This document shows positions 62,394 to 64,000 of a DNA stretch of 64,000 nt, one piece after another; position 1 is the stretch's first letter, and each line of letters begins with the position of its first letter. The position numbers were made by a program, and so were the translations under genes. Location of the stretch: NCBI RefSeq assembly GCF_009914755.1, contig NC_060925.1. One strand, 5' to 3'. This stretch comes from the human T2T-CHM13v2.0 reference genome, Homo sapiens. The notes under the pieces are model-generated. The model worked only from the letters and a program-made list of their open reading frames with translations. It had not been told where the DNA came from and ran no database searches.

Positions 62394-64000
<1,607 letters not shown>

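Overview
AT-rich, very repeat-dense primate (human/great-ape-like) genomic DNA. I see no convincing multi-exon host protein-coding gene. Most of the window is LINE-1 of many ages, Alus, MaLR/ERV LTRs (THE1, MLT1, MER50), MIR/L2 relics and DNA-transposon MITEs, often nested. Three non-repeat items stand out. (1) A TSD-flanked 1.3-kb processed retrocopy of PPIP5K2 (minus strand) that appears to copy a short, intronically polyadenylated isoform and keeps an uninterrupted frame apart from ATG>ATT. (2) A decayed coding-like segment at ~12.7-13.7 kb (minus) whose translation resembles a Gypsy/Ty3-type Gag capsid domain; this is speculative. (3) A small 3'-UTR retrocopy at ~7.1 kb. The window ends in a 5'-complete young L1PA2/3-type element with intact ORF1, the 129-bp ZNF93-escape deletion and a disrupted ORF2. 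Repeat subfamily names are from my recall of consensus sequences, not from a search. I cannot claim a new biological system from sequence alone.
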